A stretch of DNA of 64,000 bases from Malacoraja senta (Eukaryota): contig CM075995.1 of assembly GCA_038087875.1 (NCBI GenBank), forward strand, positions 5,334,001-5,398,000. Reading direction: 5' to 3'. Below the pieces are notes generated by a model. It did not search any database and was not told the origin of the DNA. It saw nothing but the letters and a program-made list of their open reading frames with translations. The position numbers and the translations under genes were made by a program. Below are positions 22,155 through 33,192 of the stretch, piece by piece. The stretch's first letter is position 1. Each line of letters begins with the position of its first letter.

Positions 22155-25138
22155 GTAGCGGGGGGGAGGTATCAAGGGGGGTAATAACGGCAGGGGTAGA
22201 GGAAATAGAGCAGGGTATCAGTGGGGAAACGGAAAATCAAAATGTGACAGGAGGATCCAGAATGTGTGAAGATAAAGCTCTAGATGTAAAAGGGGCAAAA
22301 ACAGAAAGGAAGGGTAGTAAAAATCATCTGAAAGTGCTGTATCTAAATGCACGGAGTATTCGAAATAAGATAAATGAATTAACGGTGCAATTAAGTACAT
22401 ATAGTTATGATATCGTGGCCATTACGGAGACATGGCTGCAAGGGGATCAGGATTGGGAGTTAAATATAGAGGGGTACTCGACAATTAGAAAAGATAGACA
22501 GGAAAGAAAGGGAGGAGGGGTGGCCCTTTTAATAAGGGAGGGAATAACGGCAATAGCGAGGAAGGATATTGCGTTGAAGGATCAGGATAGTGAAACAGCT
22601 TGGGTACAGATAGAGAATAACAAGGGGAAAAAAACACTAGTGGGTGTAATTTATAGACCTCCAAATAGCTGTGACGCTGTTAGTCAGAACATAAATCTGC
22701 AAATAGTTGACGCATGTAAAAAGGGAACTGCTGTAATCATGGGGGACTTCAATTTTCATATTAATTGGGCAAACCAAACTGGGCAGGGTAGACTAGAGGA
22801 AGAGTTTATAGAATGTATTAGAGACGGGTTCCTAGAACAGTATGTCACAGAACCGACAAGGAGGGAGGCAATCTTGGATCTGGTCCTGTGTAATGAAGCA
22901 GGATTAATTAAAAATGTCATAGTTAGGGACTCGTTGGGAACAAGTGACCACAATATGGTCGAATTCCATATTCAAATAGAAGGAGAGCAGGTTGAAACTC
23001 AGGCTAGGGTACTTAGTCTAAATAAAGGGGATTATGAAGGTATGAGGACTGAGCTGATCAAAGTTGACTGGGATAGCAGACTCAAGAATAAGACGGTACA
23101 TGAGCAGTGGTGTACGTTTAAGGATCTACTGTATAACCTTCAAGAAAAATTTATTCCTATGAAGAAAAAAAGAGGTAAGGGAAAGAACAGTCAGCCATGG
23201 CTCAGTAAAACTATAAAGGATAGTATTCGGCTGAAGGCAAGGGCATATAAGGTAGCTAGAGATAGTGGGAGGGTAGAGGATTGGGAAGCATTTAAAGGTC
23301 AGCAAAAAATAACTAAGAGATTAATTAAGACAGGGAAAATAGACTATGAAAGGAATTTAGCGAACAACATAAAAACTAATAGTAAGAGTTTTTATAGTTA
23401 TATAAAAAGAAAAAGGGTGGCTAAGGTGAACGTTGGTCCATTGGAGGGTGAGACTGGAGAGTTGTTGGTGGGGAACATGGAAATGGCAAAGGCATTAAAC
23501 GAGTATTTTGTATCAGTCTTCACCATAGAAGACACAAAAAATATTCCAACGCTGGATAAACAGGGGGCGGTAGGAATGGAGGAGCTAAATACTATTAAGA
23601 TCACCAAGGAGGTGGTATTAGGGAAATTAATGAGACTGAAGGAGGATAAATCCCCTGGGCCTGATGGATTACATCCAAGGGTCTTGAGGGAGATAGCGGT
23701 GGGGATTGTGGATGCATTGGTGATAATTTTCCAAAACTCCCTGGAGGCAGGAACGGTCCCAGTGGATTGGAAAATGGCCAATGTAACACCTATATTTAAA
23801 AAAGGAAGTAAACAGAAGGCGGGTAACTATAGACCGGTTAGTCTAACATCGGTGGTGGGTAAAATGTTAGAGACAATTATTAAAGAAACACTAACGGGGC
23901 ACTTGGATAAACATGACTTCATCGGACAGAACCAGCATGGTTTTGTGAAGGGGAAGTCCTGTTTAACGAATCTGCTCGAATTCTTTGAGGAAGTAACAAC
24001 CCGGGTGGATAAAGGGGAACCGGTGGATGTGGTATACTTGGACTTCCAAAAGGCTTTTGACAAGGTGCCACATAAGAGACTATTGCTAAAAATAAAAAAT
24101 TATGGGATTGGGGGTAATATATTAGCATGGGTAGAGGATTGGCTAACAAATAGGAAGCAGAGAGTGGGGATAAATGGTTCATACTCGGGATGGCAACCGG
24201 TAACTAGCGGGGTTCCGCAAGGGTCGGTGCTGGGACCCCAGTTGTTCACAATTTATATAAATGATTTGGAGGAGGGAACCAAGTGTAATGTATCAAAATT
24301 TGCGGACGATACAAAAATGGGAGGAAAAGTAGGGGATGAGGAGGATAGGAAGAGTCTGCAAAAGGATATAGATAAGCTAGGTGAGTGGGCAACAACTTGG
24401 CAGATGAAATTTAATACTAATAAATGTGAAGTCATTCACTTTGGGAAAAAAAATGATAGGGCAAGTTATTTTCTAAATGAGGTGGAGCTGCGTTGTAATG
24501 CAACGCAAAGGGATCTAGGGGTAGTAGTACATGAATCACTAAAAGTTAGTATGCAGGTGCAGCAAGCAATCAGGAAGGCCAATGGAGTTTTGGCCTTTAT
24601 TGCTAGGGGGATTGAGTATAAAAACACGGAGGTCTTGCTGCAGCTGTACACAGTATTAGTGAGACCACATTTGGAATACTGTGTACAGTTCTGGGGTCCA
24701 TACTTAAGAAAGGATGTACTGGCCCTGGAGGCAGTGCAGCGAAGGTTTACAAGATTAATTCCTGCAATGAGGGGATTGACATATGAGGAAAGGTTAAGTA
24801 GGCTGGAACTCTACTCTTTGGAGTTTAGAAGAATGAGAGGCGATCTCATTGAAACATATAAGATCGTGAGGGGCCTTGATCGGGTGGATGCACCGAGGAT
24901 GTTCCCAATGATCGGGGAAACTAGAACTAGGGGACATAGTTGTAGAATAAGAGGGGGCTCTTTTAAAACTGAGATGAGGAAGAACTTCTTCACCCAGAGG
25001 GTGGTTAATTTATGGAATTCACTGCCCCAGGGAGCAGTGGAAGCAGAAACATTAAATATATTTAAGTCTAAAATAGATGGTTTTTTAGCTGCCAAGGGGA
25101 TAAGGGGCTACGGGGAGAGGGCAGGGATATGGACCTAG
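22145..25138 (+). CDS. CR1 ORF2: APE endonuclease plus reverse transcriptase (frame open from the slippery site; first ATG at 22262)
   Basis: YLNARS, ITETWL, YRPP, GDFN, SDHN endonuclease motifs; YRPVSLTS, QGSVLGP, FADD RT motifs; no internal stops. Confidence 0.95.
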   Translation, partial: FKLSSGGEVSRGVITAGVEEIEQGISGETENQNVTGGSRMCEDKALDVKGAKTERKGSKNHLKVLYLNARSIRNKINELTVQLSTYSYDIVAITETWLQGDQDWELNIEGYSTIRKDRQERKGGGVALLIREGITAIARKDIALKDQDSETAWVQIENNKGKKTLVGVIYRPPNSCDAVSQNINLQIVDACKKGTAVIMGDFNFHINWANQTGQGRLEEEFIECIRDGFLEQYVTEPTRREAILDLVLCNEAGLIKNVIVRDSLGTSDHNMVEFHIQIEGEQVETQARVLSLNKGDYEGMRTELIKVDWDSRLKNKTVHEQWCTFKDLLYNLQEKFIPMKKKRGKGKNSQPWLSKTIKDSIRLKARAYKVARDSGRVEDWEAFKGQQKITKRLIKTGKIDYERNLANNIKTNSKSFYSYIKRKRVAKVNVGPLEGETGELLVGNMEMAKALNEYFVSVFTIEDTKNIPTLDKQGAVGMEELNTIKITKEVVLGKLMRLKEDKSPGPDGLHPRVLREIAVGIVDALVIIFQNSLEAGTVPVDWKMANVTPIFKKGSKQKAGNYRPVSLTSVVGKMLETIIKETLTGHLDKHDFIGQNQHGFVKGKSCLTNLLEFFEEVTTRVDKGEPVDVVYLDFQKAFDKVPHKRLLLKIKNYGIGGNILAWVEDWLTNRKQRVGINGSYSGWQPVTSGVPQGSVLGPQLFTIYINDLEEGTKCNVSKFADDTKMGGKVGDEEDRKSLQKDIDKLGEWATTWQMKFNTNKCEVIHFGKKNDRASYFLNEVELRCNATQRDLGVVVHESLKVSMQVQQAIRKANGVLAFIARGIEYKNTEVLLQLYTVLVRPHLEYCVQFWGPYLRKDVLALEAVQRRFTRLIPAMRGLTYEERLSRLELYSLEFRRMRGDLIETYKIVRGLDRVDAPRMFPMIGETRTRGHSCRIRGGSFKTEMRKNFFTQRVVNLWNSLPQGAVEAETLNIFKSKIDGFLAAKGIRGYGERAGIWT

Positions 25139-25465
25139 GTATGGTTAGTATAGTAAGACCTGAGTGATCTCCTGGACAAGTGTCGATCGCCTGGATTGGG
25201 GTCGGAGAGGAATTTCCCGGATTTTTTTCCCGAATTGGACCTGGGTTTTTATCCGGTTTTTTGCCTCCCCCAGGAGATCACGCGGTTCTTGGGGTGGAGA
25301 GGGGTGATAGCGATATAAAGGGGAGGGTAGTGTCTTGTGTTCTGTGTCTTGTGTCTACTGTTTGTGGGTAAGGGTGTCTGTTTAGTGTTCAGCCCTGAGC
25401 GAATGGCGGTGCGGGCTCGATGGGCCTGGTGGTCTACTCTCGCACCTACTTTCTATGTTTCTATG

Positions 25466-26820
25466 ATACTTAGAGATAATATATATAAGCATCTGGATAA
25501 ACAGGGGCTGATTAGGAACAGTCAACATGGATTTGTGCCTGGAAGGTCATGTTTGACTAATCTTCTTGAATTTTTTGAAGAGGTTACTCGGGAAATTGAT
25601 GAGGGTAAAGCCATGGATGTTGTATATATGGACTTCATTAAGGCCTTTGACAAGGTTCCTCACGGAAGGTTGGTTAAGAAGGTTCAATGGTTGGGTATTA
25701 ATGGTGGAGTAGCAAGATGGATTCAACAGTGGGTGAATGGGAGATGCCAGAGAGTAATGGTGGATGGTTGTTTGTCAGGTTGGAGGCCAGTGACTAGTGG
25801 GGTTCCACAGCGATCTGTGTGGGGTCCACTGTTGTTTGTCATGTACATCAATGATCTGGATGATGGTGTGGTAAATTGGATTAGTAAGTATGCAGATGAT
25901 ACTAAGATAGCTGGGGCTGTGGATAATGAAGTAGATTTTCAAAGTCTACAGAGAGATTTATGCCGGTTGGAAGAGTGGGCTGGAAGATGGCAGATGGAGT
26001 TTAATGCTGATAAGTGTGAGGTGCTACATCTTGGCAGGACAAATCAAAATAGGACGTACATGGTAAATGGTAGGGAATTGAAGAATGCAGGTGAACAGAG
26101 GGATCTTGGAATAACTGTGCACAGTTCCCTGAAAGTGGAATCTCATGTAGATAGGGTGGTAAAGAAAGCTTTTGGTGTGCTGGCTTTTATAAATCAGAGC
26201 ATTGAGTATAGAAGTTGGGATGTAATGTTAAAATTGTACAAGGCATAGGTGAGGCCAATTCTGGAGTATGGTGTACAATTTTGGTCGCCTAATTATAGGA
26301 AGGATGTCAACAAAATAGAGAGAGTACAGAGGAGATTTACTAGAATGTTGCCTGGGTTTCAGCAACTAAGTTACAGAGAAAGGTTGAACAAGTTAGGGCA
26401 TTATTCTTTGGAGCGCAGAAGGTTAAGGGGGGACTTGATAGAGGTCTTTAAAATAATGAGAGGGATAGACAGAGTTGCCGTGGATAAGCTTTTCCCACTG
26501 AGAGTAGGGAAGATTCAAACAAGGGGACATGACTTGAGAATTAAGGGACAGACGTTTAGGGGTAACATGAGGGGGAACTTCTTTACTCAGAGAGTGGTGG
26601 CTGTGTGGAATGAGCTTCCAGTGAAGGTGGTGGAGGCAGGTTCGTTTTTATCATTTAAAAATAAATTGGATAGTTATATGGACGGGAAAGGAATGGAGGG
26701 TTATGGTCTGAGCGCAGGTATATGGAACTAGGGGAGAATACGTGTTCGGCACGGACTAGAAGGGTCGAGATGGCCTGTTTCCGTGCTGTAATTGTTATAT
26801 GGTTATATGGTTATATGGTT
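25466..26820 (+). mobile_element. CR1 element B, 3' part (premature stop at ~26246)
   Basis: RT (YADD) and C-terminus; (TTATATGG)n tail. Confidence 0.93.
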
Positions 26821-27880
26821 ATTGTTGTTCCACTGTCATCCCTGCTAGGATATCTTTCCAGTTAACTTTGGCCAGTTCCTCCCTCATGGCTCCATTGTTC
26901 AATTGTAATACTGACACCACCGATTTTCCCTTCTCCCTCTCAAATTGTAGATTAAAACTTATCATATTATGGTCACTACCTCCTAATGGCTCCTTAACCT
27001 CAAGTTCCCTTATCAAATCCGGTTCATTACACAACACTAAATCCAGGATTGCCTTCTCCCTGGTAGGCTCCAGTTCAAGCTCCTCTAAGAATCCATCACG
27101 GAGGCACTCCACAAACTCCCTTTCTTGGGGTCCAATACCAACCTGATTTACCCAGTCTACCTGCATCTTGAAATTCCCATAACAACCGTAGTATTACCTT
27201 TACGACATTCCAATTTTAACTCTTGATTCAATTTGCACCCTATGTCCAGGCTACTGTTTGGGGGCATGTAGATATGTCCCATTAGGTTCTTTTTACCCTT
27301 ACAATTCCTCAGTTCTATCCATACTGACTACATCTCCTGATTCTATGTCACCCCTCGCAAAGGACTGAATTTCATTCCTCACCAACAGAGCTACCCCACC
27401 CCCTCTGCCCACCTGCCTGTCTTTTCGATAGGACGTAAACCCTTGAATATTCAGTTCCCAGCCCTGGTCCTCTAGCAGCCATGTCTCTGTAATTCCCACA
27501 ACATCATACCTGCCAATTTCTAACTGAGCCTCAAGCTCACCCACTTTATTTCATATACGTCGTGCATTCATATACAACACTTTAACTTCGGTCACTATTG
27601 GCCCTGACCTTACTCTCTTATCCCTTCTCGAACTTTCCTTCCCATTAATTCGGGAGTCTTTTGTAACTTTTCCTGCACTCACTTCCCCTTTAACTCCATC
27701 TTTATACTCCCAATTTGTCAATCCCTCCCACCCACTATTTAGTTTAAACCCACACGTGTAGCCCTAGCAAATCTGCCTGCCGGAACGTTGGCCCCCCTCC
27801 AGTTGAGGTGTAACCCGTCCCTTTTGTACAGGTCACCCCTGCCCCAGAAGAGACCCCAGTGGTCTATAAAGCTAAATCCT
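26821..27880 (-). mobile_element. CR1 element A, 5' part (end of ORF1 and endonuclease domain, degenerate)
   Basis: GITETWL, GGGVALLV, GSDHN; ORF1 end AGRFARATRVGLN* with stop at 27739-27741. Confidence 0.92.
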
Positions 27881-27974
27881 GGAAAGAAATTGGAAAGAAA
27901 TTCACTCTGCAAGTTTGGAGCTCACTGATTTATCAATAGCCCTTTTTGCTCAGGAAAGTCTAGGACCACAGTGT

Positions 27975-28265
27975 GTAGGACTGGTGGCCATAGCCTCAGA
28001 ATAATAGGATGTACCTTTAGAAAGGAAATGAGGAGGAATTTCTTAAGTCAGAGGATGGTGAATCTGTGGAATTCACTGCCACAGAAGTCAATTAATATTT
28101 TTAAGATGGAGATTGACAGATTCTTGATTAGTATGGGTGTCAGGGGTTATGGGGAGAAGGCAGGAGAATATAGTTGAGAGGGAAAAATTGATCAACAAAT
28201 GATGGAGTAGACTTGATGGGCCGATTGGCCTACTTCTACTACTAGAACATTTGAGCTTATGAACT
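27975..28265 (+). mobile_element. CR1 3' fragment
   Basis: HSLRI...NLWNSLP...GYGEKAG and 3' UTR. Confidence 0.85.
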
Positions 28266-28279
28266 AGATTGGTTTAGGT

Positions 28280-29030
28280 TTACATTTAGGTTTATTATCG
28301 CCACATATTCCGAGGGATTGTGGGAAGTTTTGTTTTGCATGCTATCCAATCAAATCAGGTAATACTATATATGAATACAATCAAGCCAATCTCAAGCACA
28401 ATACGTAGGCAAAGGAGAAGACACAGAGTGCAGAATATAGTTCTCAGCATTGTAGCGTAACAGTTCCAGAGACGGAGTCCAATGTCCGCAATGAGATGGG
28501 TTAGAGAATTGTGTGTATACCCAAGTTTATGGAAGGACCGTTCAGAAGCCTGACAACAGAGGGGATGAAACAGTTCCCGAGTCTGGTGGTGCGCACTTTC
28601 AAGCTCCTGTATCTTCTGCCAAACAGGAGCAGGGAGAAAAAGGAATGACGTGGAATGAGAAAGGTCTTTGATTATGTTGGCTGCTTTCTCGAGGCAGATG
28701 GATTCAATGGTGGGGAGTCTGGTCTGTGTGATGGACTGGGCTACCTCCAGAACGTTTTGCGATTTCTTATTGTCTTGGCCAGAGCAGATACCAAACCAAG
28801 CTGTGATGCAACCCGACAGTATGCTTTCTATGGTGCATCTGTACAAGTTTGTAAGAGTCATTAGAAACTTGTGTGATGACCTCAGTGTCCTGAGGAAGTT
28901 AGAGGCATTGTCTGTCGCTTCAACGTGGTTGGTCCAGCTCAGATTTTTGGTAATATTTTTGCCAAGAAACTTGAAGCTCTCAATCATTTCCACTTTGGCA
29001 CCATTTATACAGATTGGGGCATTGACCCCA
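28280..29030 (-). mobile_element. Rex/Babar-like LINE 3' fragment
   Basis: ESFKFLG...LSWTNH...YRCTIESILSGCITAWFG in ORF 28355-29035. Confidence 0.8.
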
Positions 29031-29034
29031 CACA

Positions 29035-29800
29035 CTACTGCCTCACGGTGCCAGAGACCCAGGCTCGATGCTGACTACGTGGGTGCTGTCTGCACAGAGT
29101 TTGTATGTTCTCCCCGTGACCTCGTGGGTTTTCTATGGGAGCTTCTGTTTCCACCAACACTCCAGAGACGTACAGGTTTGTAGGTTAATTGGCTTCGGTA
29201 ACGATTGTAAATTGTGCCTAGAGTAGGATAGCACCGGTGTGCGGGGATCGCTGGTCGGCGCGGACTCGGTGAACCGAAGGGCCTGTTCCCGCGCTCTATC
29301 ACTAAACTAAACTGAAGTCAATAACTCCTTCCTCTTGCTGACTGATTGGGGTTTGAGCACATTGTCCCAGACTTGAGCTCTCCCATGGAAGGACAGAGAC
29401 ATTGAATTAATCCAATAATGGCTCCCTCAATCTGCTATGAATTATCAGCAAAGAAGTTGTGCTCACATTTAACCTGATTGATGGGACGATTGAAAGATAC
29501 AGTATGGAAACCGGATCTTGGGTCCACTAAGTTCTTGCTGACCATCGGTGTCCCGTTCACACTAGTTCTATGATATCCCACTTTCGTATCCACTCCCGGC
29601 ACACTAATTCACAGGGACCAATTAACCTACAAACCCGCACGTCTTTGGAACGTGGGTGGAAACCAGAGCACCCGGATGAAACCTAGTGGTCACAGGGAGA
29701 ACGTGCAAACTCCGCACAGACGACACCCGAGGCCAGGCTCGAACCCGGGTCTCTGGCGCTGTGTGGCAGCAGCTCCACCCGCTGCATCACCGTGCCGCCT
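29035..29800. mobile_element. Two V-SINE copies (~29035-29312 +, ~29490-29800 -)
   Basis: Central domain, tails and tRNA-like head. Confidence 0.8.
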
Positions 29801-30174
29801 GTTCCATGTGGGTGTTGCCAGGATCACTCGGCCCTGGCCTTCACAAACCAAAGGGTTAACTGCAGGAGTAAGGTGAGGAGTAAGTTGACCTTGACATCAC
29901 AGCAGCGTATGATTGAGGGTGGCATCAAGGGACCCTGGTGAACCTAAAATCAAGGTGAAAATTCTTCACTGACATCTGCCACAGGAGCGGAGAACTGGGG
30001 CTCAGAGAATTTAAAATTAACACGGGAGCAGGGTTGCCTGTGAGTTTAAAGGGAGTGTGAGACAATGTGTCCTGGTCTATTAAGGGGACCATGGCAAATA
30101 GCAGCTGGTGTATTAGATGCCAGGCCATTAGGATTTCCATACAATTGGAAAACACATTATCAGATTTTTTAGAA

Positions 30175-30655
30175 ACAAAGAACTGCAGATGCTGGTTTAC
30201 AAAAAAAGACACAAAGTGCTGGAGAAAAGAAATAGGTGATGTTTCGGGTGGAGACCCTTCTTCATACTGAAAAAGGGTCTCGACCCTAAACGTCACCTAT
30301 TTCTTTTCTCCAGAGATGCTGCCTGACCCGCTGAGTTACTCCAGAATTTTGTGTCTATCTTCGGTGTAAACCAGCATCTGCAGTTCCTCCCTACATATAT
30401 TACCTGCCAGGCTTTGTCCTGCCCTTCCTCTCTTCCAGCTTTCTTTTCCCCTTCTACAATCAGTCTGAAGAAGGGTCTCGACCTGAAACGTCACCCACTC
30501 CTTCTCTCCAGAGATGCTGCCTGACCCGCTGAGTTACTCCAGAATTTTGTGTCTATCTTCGGTTTAAACCAGTAACTGCAGTTCCTTCCTGCACTCTTCT
30601 CAGGAGATGCTGCCTGACCCGTTGAGTTACTCCAGCATTTAATGTTCATCTTCTG
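30175..30655. mobile_element. Cluster of Penelope-derived 3' ends (inverted pair plus tandem copies)
   Basis: Repeated CCAGAGATGCTGCCTGACCCGCTGAGTTACTCCAG and CTGAAGAAGGGTCTCGACCTGAAACGTC. Confidence 0.8.
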
Positions 30656-31416
30656 TCAGGTAAAAGGTCAATACAAGTGATACAGATGAGGAGGGTTTTT
30701 CGATAGGCAGAATTTTTACTTTATTTCCATTTTTAGAATGGTGCCTGCTCTCAGATACACATCCAATCATTTTGTCTTTATGGAAAGTACTTGTCTTGAC
30801 TGACCATTGTAGATTCCTTCCTCTATGTCGGATAACGTCTGATCACGTTTCGATGTGTCCTATTAGTGGCTGGATGCTCAGATGATGGCATGGACCATGT
30901 CTTCAGTGTCTTTGATAATGTGACTGTAAAAAGTGCACATTAGTTGAATTGAGTGCTCCATCACTTTTTAATTAAACACAACCACTCCAGGGAAATCAAA
31001 CACGCATGGGATGCATTTCACTCACAGTTTCACACATTTGAGAGCAAAAGTTAATGGATTTTCCTGAAACAAGTTCACTGCACCTTCCAGGACATTTTAG
31101 CTGCAAAAGCAGTAGCTAGAGGTTTTATTGTGTCACTGCAGATTAAGCTGTTAACTGCTAAGTAGATTCAGGATTTTTGGAACCACTTTTGAAATGTCCT
31201 CTTTTAATTAATGTTTTCGTTGGGAGGTCAAGGAATAATTCAGAAATGCAGCCGATCTTGGTTTTAGAACTCTTTGGATTACTCTGGCATCTGACCATAA
31301 AATTTAAATTGCATTTCAGTAATGCACTTTCCACTTCAGTGCAGCTGTGTGGGGCTGGTGCAGGAGTGGGTGGACTGACTGATAGTCAAAAGAGATCCAA
31401 TTTTGCTTGTTCGGTG

Positions 31417-31910
31417 GTTAGTTTAGTTTGGTTTAAAGATACAGCGCAGAAACAGGCCCTTCGGCCCACCGAGTCCGCGCCGACCAGTGATCCCCGCACA
31501 CTAGCACTATCCTACACACACTAGGGACAGTTTACAACCATAGCAAGCCAATTAATCTACAAACCTGCTCTCTCCTCAAATTGTGTTTCTTATTTTCTTT
31601 TTGTGCTTTTGAAATTGAATTCTGTCCTTGATTTGTGTACTGTGGTGTTTTTATATTTAATTTATTCTGATTATGTGTTTTGTATTTTTGTGATTCTATG
31701 CCTTGTAAGGTGTCCTTGGGTTTTAGAAAGGCGCCAGTAAATAAAATGAATTATTATTATTATAAACCTGTACATCTTTGGAGTGTGGGAAGAAATCGGA
31801 GGTCACGGGGAGAACGTACAAACTCCGTACAGACAGCACCCATAGTCGGGATCGAACCTTGGTCTCTGGCGTTGTAAGGCAGCAACTCTACCGCTGCGCC
31901 ACCATGCTGC
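31417..31910 (-). mobile_element. V-SINE with an AT-rich insertion (~31568-31762)
   Basis: SINE halves rejoin at a duplicated AAACCTG. Confidence 0.8.
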
Positions 31911-32286
31911 TCTGTGGGTTGTAAAAAATTCCAAAGCTCAATATGAAGAGCCACAGAATGTTCCCAAGGTGCTAAGGTTAACAGATTCATTGTTATCCGT
32001 GGGATCTATCTCTGTGTAATTAGAATCATAGAGTCACAAAGTACTTCCGCAAGGAAACAGTCTCTTCGGCCTGACTCGTCCTATGTCGACTATGATGTCC
32101 CATCTAAGCTAGTTCCATTCGCCTGCGTTTGGCCCATATCACTCCAAACATTTCCAATCCATGTACCTGTCCGGATGTATTTTAAATGCTGTTAAAGTGG
32201 GTGGCAGCTCGTTCCATATACTCACCACGATATTAACTTAACTGTGACTTTGATGCAAATATAAAATCAATGGATGTGTTACTTTA

Positions 32287-32600
32287 ATGGGCTTGTCCCG
32301 CTTATGCGACTTTGTAGGTGACTACAGGAGACTATGCGGTCGCCACATGGTCGCCACAAGTTCGTGGGTGGTTGCCTGCATGGTCGTGAGTAGTTTCCTC
32401 ACGCTCGCAACAAGTCGTAACGGCATTCTGGTTGCCGCTAATTTTTCAACATGTTCAGGCAGTGGTTTTGATGCCATGGAGCGTAGCTTGAATTCTCGTG
32501 AGGTAGGTGCAGTGGTAGTGGGTCGCCAGGTGACGTAGGTTGTCGCCAGGTGACTGACCGGTGAATTTGATTGGCGCATTGAAAAAACGTAGTACACAGC
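32287..32600. mobile_element. Partial Harbinger-like element related to 3961-5458
   Basis: TAA-TGGGCTTGTCCCGCTTA terminus and CGCCACATGGTCGCCAC subterminal repeats. Confidence 0.7.
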
Positions 32601-33192
32601 TCCACGTGGTGCACTGCATTGGAAAGCAAATTATTTTTATATATTTTGATCACTAAAACAAACACAAACATAAGCAGTGTACTGCATTTAAAATTAAACT
32701 CTTTTGAGAGGATGTGGGCGACCCTGAAAAGGGACTTATCTTGTGGTTTGTAGTGGGCTCTCTTCCTGGAATGCTGGACTTCTGTTTGTGGTGTGGGATG
32801 TTTGCTGCTGGTCTTCAGATTATGTCGTGGGTACACTGCCTAGTTCGGAGTTGTGGTGAGTGCAGAGATGGTTTCTCTGCTCCTTGGCTCTCTTTTTGCC
32901 GGTGTTTCCTGGCAATCTCTCCAGTGGCATCATAGGTGCAGCCTGTCCTCCAGTTTTCAATGAGCCTGGTGTGAAGTTGCCTGTCTGCTTGTCCACTTGG
33001 GCACCCCCCATCCATGGCTGCTGCTGCACTTCTGGTAGCAGCTTGACAACATCTTTCCTATAACATGGTGCCCAGAACCTGTTGAAATGCAAGATTAAGA
33101 ACAAATAACTTTTGCCCCTCCCCAGAACATTTAAAGTGGGCAATTTTAAAATAAATTTAAAGTAAAATGTAAAGTAAAAGTTAATAGGTACA

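Larger units (their letters stand above)
21008..25465 (+). mobile_element. Full-length, apparently intact CR1 LINE (element C)
   Basis: 5' UTR, uninterrupted ORF1 and ORF2, 3' UTR and (TTCTATGT)n tail; sits inside element B. Confidence 0.96.

Noticed and set aside
29850..29955. Possible old LINE RT relic (LDITAAYD...WHQG)
   Set aside because: Too short and degraded to classify or bound
32700..33010. Possible degraded Penelope GIY-YIG piece (GQADRQLHTRLIE on minus strand)
   Set aside because: Only one short motif; too decayed to call
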